From a virus (taxonomy: Duplodnaviria > Caudoviricetes): a stretch of DNA of 25,803 bases. The translations under genes were made by a program, and so were the position numbers. Where the stretch lies: positions 1 to 25,803 of the IMG/VR virus record IMGVR_UViG_3300020404_001222. One strand, given 5' to 3'. This document shows positions 1-8,900 of this stretch, one piece after another (within the stretch, counting starts at the first letter, position 1; each line of letters opens with the position of its first letter). The notes beneath the pieces are model-generated. The model was not told the origin of the DNA. It did not search any database and worked only from the letters and a program-made list of their open reading frames with translations.

Positions 1-587
1 CCATAGTTTCTCGACCAACCATTCCCACGCTCACCAAATCTTGCAAACTCATTCTCGACCTCTTCACTTCCATCGTGTAATACATTCCCTGCCCATCTAC
101 CTGACTCCAATCTCGACTCTTCGATATTGATACCACCCACTCCATGTTCCTGACAGTTCTTTACGATTGTCTTCTCTGAGATAGGTTTCTGTGCCAACAG
201 TATCGGTTCATAGCAGGGTTTCAGTCCAGTTCCCCATCCTTCCCACTTCGGGTCTTTCTTACCGATGTTCTGACTCTTCGGCATACCTTGACCATATAAC
301 CACATCAAGACATCTTTAATCCTCAGTCCTGAGTCCTCAACCGCACAAGTGAGTCGATGAAAGGTCTTCGATGCACCAAAGATAAGCAAGTGTCCACCTG
401 GTTTGAGTGTCTTTGCAATCGACTCCCAAGTTCCACTCTTAAATGCCACACAATTCTGATAAGTATCCCAACTATTACCAAGATACTCAATACCGTAGGG
501 TGGGTCTGTGACTATCGAATCATACTGTTCTTTACAATTATCTGAATATCTTACACAATCGTCTTGTATATACTTACAATCGACCAT
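1..587 (-). CDS. DNA amino-methyltransferase (N6-adenine/N4-cytosine, beta-class-like), 3' end truncated by the window edge
   Basis: Not in the ORF track. Manual translation from ATG at 587: MVDCKYIQDDCVRYSDNCKEQYDSIVTDPPYGIEYLGNSWD...TLKPGGHLLIFGASKTFHRL...WLYGQGMPKS...GWGTGLKPCYEPILLAQKP..., open to the edge. The catalytic DPPY motif is N-terminal, as in beta-class MTases. A GAGG SD-like motif lies upstream. Confidence 0.92.
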   Translation of the reverse strand, partial: MVDCKYIQDDCVRYSDNCKEQYDSIVTDPPYGIEYLGNSWDTYQNCVAFKSGTWESIAKTLKPGGHLLIFGASKTFHRLTCAVEDSGLRIKDVLMWLYGQGMPKSQNIGKKDPKWEGWGTGLKPCYEPILLAQKPISEKTIVKNCQEHGVGGINIEESRLESGRWAGNVLHDGSEEVENEFARFGERGNGWSRNY

Positions 588-609
588 TCATACCTCATAC
601 TTTCTCCCC

Positions 610-638
610 ATTATAGCACAAAAACCCTCCTCTTGCAA
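610..638 (-). promoter_or_regulatory. sigma70-type (early) promoter for the methyltransferase
   Basis: Minus strand TTGCAA (638-633), 17 bp spacer, TATAAT (615-610), with an extended -10 TGn. Lies 22 nt upstream of the ATG at 587. Confidence 0.8.
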
Positions 639-699
639 GTCGGGTCTTAAAAATTCTTATAGCTTCACGAACAACCATACCAAAGGTATGTATAGTTTT

Positions 700-1176
700 T
701 CATATTTCAACCTCAGTTTCTAATTTCACATCTATGAATAAAAATTCCATCGTCTTATCACTATTATTAAATGCGGAATGTATATTATCCATTACATGAT
801 ATACTTGTGTCACACCATTTTCCCAATAAACATTCTCTCCATTCCATACCATATAAAAATCTTTTGTGACATCTAATGGTATCTGTACTCTTTTATATCT
901 GTCACTATAAACGTCAGGGTCTTTGTGTGGTTTGAGTATAGTTCCACCACTAAATCTTGAATATACTGCATATAATATCTCATCATTCTTCATAATATTA
1001 TAAACACTTTCAGTCATCAAACTCTTACGGATATTAATATTTTTACGAATATACTTTAATCCACAAATGTATATGTCTTTATTGGAATATCCTACTGTGG
1101 TAGGTGCTTTTTTAAGTGGAAACTTCGACTGACTTGCCCACTTATATAATTCTTTTAGATTATCTTTGGTCAACAT
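700..1176 (-). CDS. Aspartyl/asparaginyl beta-hydroxylase-like 2OG-Fe(II) oxygenase
   Basis: Motifs ILKPHKD (HxD), RVQIPL, WENG, HSAFN and EFLFIDV match the Asp_Arg_Hydrox (jelly-roll) pattern. Confidence 0.75.
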   Translation of the reverse strand: MLTKDNLKELYKWASQSKFPLKKAPTTVGYSNKDIYICGLKYIRKNINIRKSLMTESVYNIMKNDEILYAVYSRFSGGTILKPHKDPDVYSDRYKRVQIPLDVTKDFYMVWNGENVYWENGVTQVYHVMDNIHSAFNNSDKTMEFLFIDVKLETEVEI

Positions 1177-1682
1177 TATCTTACAAAAAATCCAAGAACT
1201 CCATCATTCAAGTTTATTTTATATTCTCTAGGATATGTAACTTCAGAGAACTCATACCTCTTAAACTTCTTATCATTTACTATAGGGTTGCCATCAAAGC
1301 AAACTAGAAAACATCTGTGATTAGTTGGTATTGGTTTATCATAGATGCTATGTAAATCTAGTATCTTTTCATCTTCTTTAATTAATCTACCTTCCCAGTT
1401 GTGTTCATCAAATCTATTAAATCCTATGAGAAAGAAATCTTCCTGTGCCTCAAATACCACATTATGTTTTTGATATTCTCGAACATCATAGAAATTACCT
1501 TTCTCGAACGTAATATAGTTTGAGTCAAATATCTTTGCAAACTTACCTACACCATAGATTACATATTGGAATATTGTTTTTCTTTCTATCGGGTCTTCTG
1601 CAAGAACATATCCTTTCTTTCCAATATTCACACATATACCAAAATCATTACAATTACGAAAGTATCTCTTGCACGTTGTCAT
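1176..1682 (-). CDS. Hypothetical protein, possibly cupin/beta-barrel fold
   Basis: 168-aa ORF, beta-strand and aromatic rich (FQYVIYGVG, FLVCFDGNPIVN). Coupled to both neighbours (ATGA and TAATG overlaps). Confidence 0.7.
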   Translation of the reverse strand: MTTCKRYFRNCNDFGICVNIGKKGYVLAEDPIERKTIFQYVIYGVGKFAKIFDSNYITFEKGNFYDVREYQKHNVVFEAQEDFFLIGFNRFDEHNWEGRLIKEDEKILDLHSIYDKPIPTNHRCFLVCFDGNPIVNDKKFKRYEFSEVTYPREYKINLNDGVLGFFVR

Positions 1683-2020
1683 AAAATAATCTCCCGCATC
1701 AAACCCATATCCTCATAGGATATCTTTACTATTTTACCAACTAATCCATCAATGTCAAGTCCATCAACAATCTCATTAGTTTGGTTCTCATCTAATATTT
1801 TTTCATCTCTAAATTGTTTAATTGCCTGATCAGTCGCTACACTACGAATACTTTCTTGTAAATTATATGTCGAACTGAAATCTAGTTGACGATATTCTAC
1901 ACGAACTGTTGGGTATTCATCTATAGGTTTAGATGAATTTTGACAGCAAGATTTAATCTCGATTGATTTATCGTCTGGGTTATGTTTTGTCACTTTAAAA
2001 ATAATATTAACTGGAATCAT
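1679..2020 (-). CDS. Hypothetical protein (possible fibre/adhesin assembly factor)
   Basis: 113-aa ORF with ATGA overlaps at both ends, directly after the Gly-rich adhesin-like gene. Function inferred from position only. Confidence 0.65.
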   Translation of the reverse strand: MIPVNIIFKVTKHNPDDKSIEIKSCCQNSSKPIDEYPTVRVEYRQLDFSSTYNLQESIRSVATDQAIKQFRDEKILDENQTNEIVDGLDIDGLVGKIVKISYEDMGLMREIIL

Positions 2021-3045
2021 GTAGGGTTCGTGTTAGTTTTTGTTCGACCTATAATTGCGTTGCCTGAAATACTTGGTGCTGAACCTGAAGTGATAATTGC
2101 AAATCCATTATTTCCTCCTTGACCACCACTTCCACCACCACTATTACCACCATTTGGTGCTTTGGCAGCGTTAGCATCAATATTTGGTCCTCCTCCTGTT
2201 CCACCAGCACCAGATTCTGATCCACCAGCACCAGAAGTTCCAGCAACTGTGTTAGTACCATTACCGCCAGCACCACCGTTAAAATTATTTCCTCCTGTTC
2301 CGCCAGGTCCTCCCTGTCCAATAGGTCGACCTGCTCCTCCACCACCGCCACCACCTGACTGTGTTCTAAATACTGATGATTTTTTACCTGCTGATACGCT
2401 TCTTCCACGACCTGCACCACCACCGCCACCACCATATCCACTTTGGATTCTACCATTATTTGTGATGGTTGTTCCTGCGAATGTAATACCTAAAGCACTT
2501 GACCCCTCTGTACCTGGTTCTCCATTAGTGTTACCACCATTACCACCTCTTCCACCAGTACCACCAGATCCAAATATTTTTCCTGATGTGCCTGTTCTTA
2601 TATTAAGTGTAGTATTACTATCCCAATTACCTGTCTTAAGTGCAACATTGAACCTAGAGTTTGTATTAGAACCAATCTGCTTATTAACGTAAACAGTTAC
2701 CTTTTTTCCTGATGTATTTGCTGGTTTAGAAGCATATCCACCTATGACTGACACATTATTACTGTTAAATCTGGTCTTTGCATTTTGACGGGTTTCAGCT
2801 CCACCAGTATGAAAATCAACAACAATATTTAAACTTTTCCCGTAGAAATCAGAAAATTTAATCGGACCAGAAGATGGAATACCTGTATCAAGACTTGATA
2901 CTGAAAATCCACCACCAAAATCTTGTGGGTAACTTTGATTACCTGATCTTATTCTATATCCACCTAATGAACTTGTATCATTATCACCAAACTCACCGCT
3001 TATCTGTGAGAATGATAATGGATTACCTGATGATGGTAAAGTCAT
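2017..3045 (-). CDS. Glycine-rich tail-tip protein, similar to T2/T6/S16-type gp38 adhesin
   Basis: N-terminal MTLPSSG...IKFSDFYGKS domain, then IFGSGGTGGRGGNGG, ITNNGRIQSGYGGGGGG and SGGGGGGGAGRPIGQGG, i.e. the order of Gly-rich motifs of the gp38 polyglycine-II sandwich. It has its own late promoter and lies downstream of the fibre genes. Confidence 0.7.
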   Translation of the reverse strand: MTLPSSGNPLSFSQISGEFGDNDTSSLGGYRIRSGNQSYPQDFGGGFSVSSLDTGIPSSGPIKFSDFYGKSLNIVVDFHTGGAETRQNAKTRFNSNNVSVIGGYASKPANTSGKKVTVYVNKQIGSNTNSRFNVALKTGNWDSNTTLNIRTGTSGKIFGSGGTGGRGGNGGNTNGEPGTEGSSALGITFAGTTITNNGRIQSGYGGGGGGAGRGRSVSAGKKSSVFRTQSGGGGGGGAGRPIGQGGPGGTGGNNFNGGAGGNGTNTVAGTSGAGGSESGAGGTGGGPNIDANAAKAPNGGNSGGGSGGQGGNNGFAIITSGSAPSISGNAIIGRTKTNTNPT

Positions 3046-3063
3046 ATCTATATCTTTTTTTAT

Positions 3064-3069
3064 TATTTA
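3064..3069 (-). promoter_or_regulatory. T4-type late promoter -10 (CTAAATA) for the adhesin-like operon
   Basis: TAAATA on the minus strand, 18 nt upstream of the ATG at 3045. Its TAA is the stop codon of the upstream oxygenase. Confidence 0.65.
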
Positions 3070-3762
3070 GTATTTTTTCCAATATTTGTTGTCTATGTAT
3101 CCTGTTGAATAATGAAGTTGATCCTCTTTGAGAATAAGTGACATATCACCTACAATTCCAAGTCTTTCACCTTGAAACTCACCACCTAGAAATCGAGTAT
3201 GATGTGATAAGGAACTTGGGAATAAAATTAAATGACCCTCTATTGGTTGCATATAAAATGCAGGGGAGTTAAGTGCATTAAAATTATTTACGATATTTCT
3301 TTCAGGTTCATCTGTGTCCTCTGCGTTCATTGCTTGAAATAAATCATTCTTACTACAAGTATTAGAAAATTCTACAGCGTGAGAATTAGATGGTGTTGAC
3401 AAATAATAAACAAATGATATATGACTTGTCGAATGTATATGCCATCTTATTTCATTATCAGACCTTCTTGCTCTTGATAACCAAGACTTTGTTATAACAT
3501 AATTAAAAATATCCTTGTATTCTAAAACCTCGCACACATATTTCTTTGCGTGTATGGCAATCTCGTTGAAGAGTGTATCTAAACTATCCTCTAAGTGAAT
3601 AAATGGTTTACCTAGATTTTCACTTACAGTATTGTCTATATCAGTTTCCTCATAATCATATCGAGGATATACTTTATAGAACTCTTCCTTATATTTTTCG
3701 TGATCAAGCATTTTCCCCACATACAATGTAGTGGGAAAGATATTAAATGTCTCAAATGTCAT
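3067..3762 (-). CDS. 2OG-Fe(II) oxygenase, TIGR02466-like
   Basis: IFPTTLY start, KSW, WHIHSTSHISFVYYL, PIEGHLILFPSSLSHH and a distal Arg (ERLGI), typical of this cyanophage oxygenase family. Confidence 0.85.
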   Translation of the reverse strand: MTFETFNIFPTTLYVGKMLDHEKYKEEFYKVYPRYDYEETDIDNTVSENLGKPFIHLEDSLDTLFNEIAIHAKKYVCEVLEYKDIFNYVITKSWLSRARRSDNEIRWHIHSTSHISFVYYLSTPSNSHAVEFSNTCSKNDLFQAMNAEDTDEPERNIVNNFNALNSPAFYMQPIEGHLILFPSSLSHHTRFLGGEFQGERLGIVGDMSLILKEDQLHYSTGYIDNKYWKKY

Positions 3763-3783
3763 AATAATATATTACACAATCAT

Positions 3784-5907
3784 TTAATGTAAGTCAACCC
3801 AAGCTCCTCCTGAACGAACCTGAAGTTTTCCGTTTCCACCACCTGCTGATGTATTATAAATGACAGCACCATTTGTAACTCCCACCAAGTTATCTCTTTG
3901 AGTTTGAGTAACTTGAGGTGGATACATATACATTCTATTTGCAAATGCACCTGTGCCATCTTGTCCAGCGTTCTTAAAGTCAACAGCAGCAGTTGGTGTT
4001 GTTACTCCTACACCAAGACCAGACAATGTAAGTTTCTTCGTATCAGCAACAATATCTACATCACTATGAAGAATATCAGTTCCTAAACCAACAACACCAT
4101 CTTCAGATATTAAAACTCTAGTTGATAATAATCCTGAACCACCAAAGAAATCAAATGGTAGATTACCAGTATTATCAGTCTTAATACCAATACCAGCAAA
4201 GTTATTATTTGGGTCAGTTACTTTAATATTAAAGAATGTAGATACACCAGATGTTGCACTTACATTTCCAATCAATGTTGAAGTAAGTTGTGCACTGCTT
4301 AAGTTACCAAATGATGCACCACCAGTAACATTTAATGTGTTTGTAATTACTGTATCATCAACAGTAAAGTTACCAGCGACAAATCCATTTCCACCAACGT
4401 GTAAAGTTTCTGTTGGTTGAGTAACTCCGATACCAAGTGACCCGCCAATACCAGTTAGGGTCATCATTCTATTATTGTTCTTACCTTTATGCCAAATAAA
4501 GTCACCAGCAACAGCACCAGCATTATTTGCACTTAGATGATAATTAAAGTTACCAGTATCATAGTTAACTATATCTAATGATGTGCTAGAACTATATGGG
4601 AAACCTGTTCCACCACCAAATCTGATTTCAGATGTATTTGATCTACCAGTTCCAACTTCCTTACCAACACTAATTGATGCAAGTCCACCTGTGCTTGTTA
4701 CTTGTATCTCTGCATTACCTGTTTTTCTAACCTGAACATCAAATGCAGGTGTTTCAGTTGAACCAATGCCAAGTCCTGAAGTGACTGAGACATTAGAAAC
4801 AGTCATTGGGTTTGCACTAATCGAACCAGTGAATGTTGAAACTCCAGTAACTAATAGATTTCTAGTTGTGGTTGTTCCAACAACAGCAATGCTTTGATCA
4901 AAAGTAGTAATACCTGCGACTGACACATTGTCGTCAATCGTTGTCAACCCATTTTGAGAGTCTAAGATAAGTCCACCTGCTACTGTATCAATTTCATTGT
5001 CTCCACCAACAGAAATTCTTACGTTACCTAATGTTGCACCCGTATTGAAGTCTGCTAATCCTGTAAATGCAGATGTACCTGTGACTTCAAGCTGGTCGTC
5101 AACTATAACTGTTCCACCAGCAGAATCAATCGTTAGATTACCAGTCGATGTGTCAATTTCATTATCACCTGTAACTCCAATCTGAACATTATCAATATTT
5201 GCACCACCATTACCATCAATCAGTCCAGTAAATGTAGATACACCAGCAACTGAAACATTGTCAAAGTTAGCATGACCATCTACATCTAGTTCAGTAACTT
5301 TGAGATCTGCTGTTGTTGATACACCTGTTGAATTAATATTTCCTGTTACATTTCCAGTAAGATTTCCAGTTACATCACCTGTGACAGCACCAACGAAACT
5401 AGATGCTGTTACAATACCAGTTGCATTTATGTTACCAACAGAACTAATACCTACACCTTTTTCTCCAGCATCAACATTGTTACCAATTTGAAGGGTAGAA
5501 CGGGGATCTTCGGTTCCCACCCCAACATTACCACCTGTGTTGTATATGCTAGTAAACCCTAGTCCTACATCTTTATCTTCCCATTGAGAAGTTGGCATAC
5601 CTGATAAATTTCTAGCATCACCAAAGTATGTTACAATTCCTGTTCCCTGAGCTGTAATAATACCACTTACAATACTAACTCCTGCACCGATAACTTTAGA
5701 TGGTTCTAACTCAGTTATAGTTAAAACTCCAACACTCATTGTGGATGCACTCGTGAATCCAGTTATCGTAACATTTCCCCTAACATCCAGCGACTCTGTT
5801 GGTATGGTAGTCCCGATGCCGACTAAGCCAGCAGCGGTTACTGCCAGATTGTCATCATCAACCTGCACACCGTTACGGAAATTAAAATTCTTCTTGATAT
5901 TCGCCAT
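3784..5907 (-). CDS. Tail fibre-like virion protein (707 aa)
   Basis: Begins MANIKKNFNFRNGVQVD. Repeated VGIGTTIP/VGVGTEDP/LGIGVTQP and GVSTF motifs. C-terminal PQVTQTQRDNL...GAVIYNT...LQVRSGGAW fibre motif. Confidence 0.8.
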   Translation of the reverse strand: MANIKKNFNFRNGVQVDDDNLAVTAAGLVGIGTTIPTESLDVRGNVTITGFTSASTMSVGVLTITELEPSKVIGAGVSIVSGIITAQGTGIVTYFGDARNLSGMPTSQWEDKDVGLGFTSIYNTGGNVGVGTEDPRSTLQIGNNVDAGEKGVGISSVGNINATGIVTASSFVGAVTGDVTGNLTGNVTGNINSTGVSTTADLKVTELDVDGHANFDNVSVAGVSTFTGLIDGNGGANIDNVQIGVTGDNEIDTSTGNLTIDSAGGTVIVDDQLEVTGTSAFTGLADFNTGATLGNVRISVGGDNEIDTVAGGLILDSQNGLTTIDDNVSVAGITTFDQSIAVVGTTTTRNLLVTGVSTFTGSISANPMTVSNVSVTSGLGIGSTETPAFDVQVRKTGNAEIQVTSTGGLASISVGKEVGTGRSNTSEIRFGGGTGFPYSSSTSLDIVNYDTGNFNYHLSANNAGAVAGDFIWHKGKNNNRMMTLTGIGGSLGIGVTQPTETLHVGGNGFVAGNFTVDDTVITNTLNVTGGASFGNLSSAQLTSTLIGNVSATSGVSTFFNIKVTDPNNNFAGIGIKTDNTGNLPFDFFGGSGLLSTRVLISEDGVVGLGTDILHSDVDIVADTKKLTLSGLGVGVTTPTAAVDFKNAGQDGTGAFANRMYMYPPQVTQTQRDNLVGVTNGAVIYNTSAGGGNGKLQVRSGGAWVDLH
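4930..5200 (-). repeat. Duplicated ~35-aa fibre module in the 707-aa protein
   Basis: NVQIGVTGDNEIDTSTGNLTIDSAGGTVIVDD versus NVRISVGGDNEIDTVAGGLILDSQNGLTTIDD. Coordinates approximate. Confidence 0.8.
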
Positions 5908-5923
5908 CAGTTATTTTTTTAGT

Positions 5924-5929
5924 TATTTA
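5924..5929 (-). promoter_or_regulatory. T4-type late promoter (ATAAATA) for the 707-aa fibre
   Basis: TAAATA on the minus strand, 16 nt upstream of the ATG at 5907, overlapping the TAA stop of the 1913-aa gene. Confidence 0.7.
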
Positions 5930-8900
5930 TTTGTTTTCAAGAGTATTAACTTTTGCAGTCAATTCTTTAACTGCTTCAATTAAAACTGGAATTAATCTAT
6001 CATAACGAACTGCTTTTACACCATCACCTCTTGTAGTTGTAACTCCTGGTAATCCAAGTGCTTCAACTTCTTGTGCAAGAATACCTGTATCCTTAGTGCC
6101 ATTATCATATGGTGCTAAGTCTGTCAATCCTACATTCCAAGTAAAGGTGTTACCACTTATCTTATTAATCATATCAAGTGCATTATCAATTGGTGTAATA
6201 TCTTTCTTAAGTGTCACATCAGATGCACTAAATGCAACTATATCACCACCTGAATGAATGTTACCTTCAACTCCAAGTCCACCAGCAGTCAATATGAGAG
6301 CACCAGTATCCTTACTTGATGAATTAGTAGTGCTATCAATAGTTAATGAACCATCAATCTCAGCATTTGCTGTAATATGAACTTTATTATTTGATGAATC
6401 TAAAACTAAATCACCTGAAGTGGTATCAATCGTAGTTCCAGTTGCAACACCAAAACGTAAGTTACCTGCCCTTAAAGTTGATGCAGTCAATAATGTTCCA
6501 TCAAATGTAAGATTGGCAGAAGTGGTTGTTGTATCTGTGGCATTATTAAATAGAACTCTATTCGCAGCACCAGATACATTGGTTGCTGTAGTTGCTGTTC
6601 CTGCATTACCCTCAATACCACTAGCAACATCTATTTTTGTAATGCTTAAAGTATCAGTCGCAGCATTATATGTCAATCCAGAGTCAGTTGCAACTGAAGT
6701 CATTGTTCCACTTGTTTGACCTGTAAGAACAATTCTTTGAGTGCCTGAAGAAGCACCTAATGCTGCACCTGTACCAGTTAATCCAGAACCATCTCCAAAG
6801 AAAGATGTAGCAGTTACAGATGTAATACCTGATATATTACTCTGACCATCAAATCCACCTGTTCCAATTATATCTCCACCGATAACAACACTCTTTCCAA
6901 TACCAACACCACCATCAATAACTACAGAACCATTTGTTACAGCAGTTGAGTTAGTTGTATTTCTAAACCTAGCATCTTGTCCATTGATTTTTGCTTCAGA
7001 TGTAAATGTTTTTGTATCATCTGATAATCTAACATCACTATTAAATGTAACAGGACCATCAAACTGAGATAGTATTTGTTTGGAACTACCACCTTCAACA
7101 AGTAGTCTTTCTTTAACAACAACCTCATCAAATACTCCACTCAATCTATTTGGATCTTCACCTGTAACTGTTGATGTAGGAATATCAAATGTCTTTTGTG
7201 TTCCACTAGCAGATTCAATCTTAGTGTTTCCAATGTAGAAATCACCTTGATCATTCATACCTGTATAAACTACATTACCACAAGATGTTTCCTGTGCTTG
7301 ATTAAGGAACTCTTCTCTTTCAGATAATGTTCTGTTCTGTAACTGTGGAAGTGCAGTTGAATAGTTACCTGGACCAAAACCAACATACTCAAAAGTATGA
7401 CCTGACGCTCTTACGATAGATGGTCTACGAAGTTCAATTGGTAATGGTTTAACCTTTCTAATTCTAGTATTTTTAAGATGACTATTAGTAATAGTTCCAA
7501 GTGAACCACGAATAACTGATACTTCATCACCACCCGAACCACTTAATGAGTTAGATGCAATACGCATTATCTCACTTCCAATTTGGATGTAAGAACCTAA
7601 TGGGAATCTAGAAGTAATTGAAGTTGCATTTGTAGTTCCATCAGGTAGAGTTACCTTAAATGCTGAATCACCTGTGCCAACTGCTTCATTTAATACTAAT
7701 GTTTCGTGGTCAAAGATATTATAACCTCTAACATCAAGGTTTTCTCCATCGCTACCAGAAATTGCTTCATTATCAGATAATCCATGCTTAAGAATGTATT
7801 TTGCATCAGTAAGTGCAGATGATGTAACAGCAGAGAATGTTGTTACTCCGACTACAGATGTTACTATGAAATCTCCAAGAGATAAGTCACTACTATTAGT
7901 AATTCTAAATTTATTACCAATTGCTAAACCGTGGTCAACAGGAGTTGTAAATGTAGTTGTGGTTGAAGATGTTGTTGCACTTCCAACAGCGACCCAAGGA
8001 CCCATATCGTGTATCTGTTGCCCATCAAGTAATGTTTCACCAGCAGTCTTAGAAACAGTAATTTGTTTTGTGCTACCAATACTTGATATACGATGATAAG
8101 AATCAGTTCCAGTTGTAATACCAGTAACTTGAATATAATTACCAGTTACAGATGAAATACCAGCAGTTGCTATTGTAATGCTTGCACTTGGTGAACCACC
8201 AATACCACCTGTTGCTACAGATGAACTATCAAAGAATAAAGTTTCACCATTTGTATATCCAGAACCACCTTCTTTTACTGTAACCGCTGTGACTGAATTA
8301 CCAGAAACTGTAACATCAGCAGTTGCACCATCCCAGACCGCAGATGCAGGAGCTGCATTTGAGTTGAATAATTTAACATTAAAGTATGTTCCGTTAGTAT
8401 GTCCAGAACCACCTGTTAATGAAGAATGAAACTTAAGTGCACTAAGTCCGTGCTCTTCATCTAAATTGATAACAGCATTAGTGCTATTATTTGTTACAGA
8501 TGTAATACCAATTGAACCATCAAAGTTCTTTAAGAACTTGTTAGTTGTTTCTCTAGTGATACTCTTCTTTAAGTCATTCGTAACAACATCACCAATTGGG
8601 AATCTCTTCGCATAAGATACTGCTTCAGATGGGTTTGCATCTACATTATCACGATCATATTCTGGGAATAAATTAACAATATTTTGATTATACTTATTCT
8701 CAACAAACTCATTAGATGGTTCATCCATCGCATTATTACCATTCAATACGAACAGATGATAAACACCATCTTGAACACCCTCTATGTAAGATGAAATAAC
8801 TTCAGTTCTGTAAACAAAGAAGTTGCCTTTGTTATCATTTCGGTCAAATCTAGGTAATTCAGTTGATCGAGTTTGTGTTGAGTTAGTGAATGTCCCTGTA

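Noticed and set aside
553-600. Short out-of-frame ORF (MRYEWSIVSIYKTIV) overlapping the MTase start
   Set aside because: It would start almost at the predicted TSS, and the GAGG motif fits the ATG at 587. No evidence it is a regulatory uORF.
676-690. Hairpin CATACC-AAA-GGTATG after the hydroxylase stop
   Set aside because: Only 6 bp with a 3-nt loop and no clean U-tract on the minus strand; too weak to call a terminator.
357-723. Plus-strand ORFs 357..545 and 508..723
   Set aside because: Antisense to the methyltransferase and its promoter, with no recognisable motifs.
2049-2692. Pro-rich plus-strand ORF 2162..2692 and Val-rich alternative-frame ORF 2049..2456
   Set aside because: Shadows of the GGN codon runs of the Gly-rich gene.
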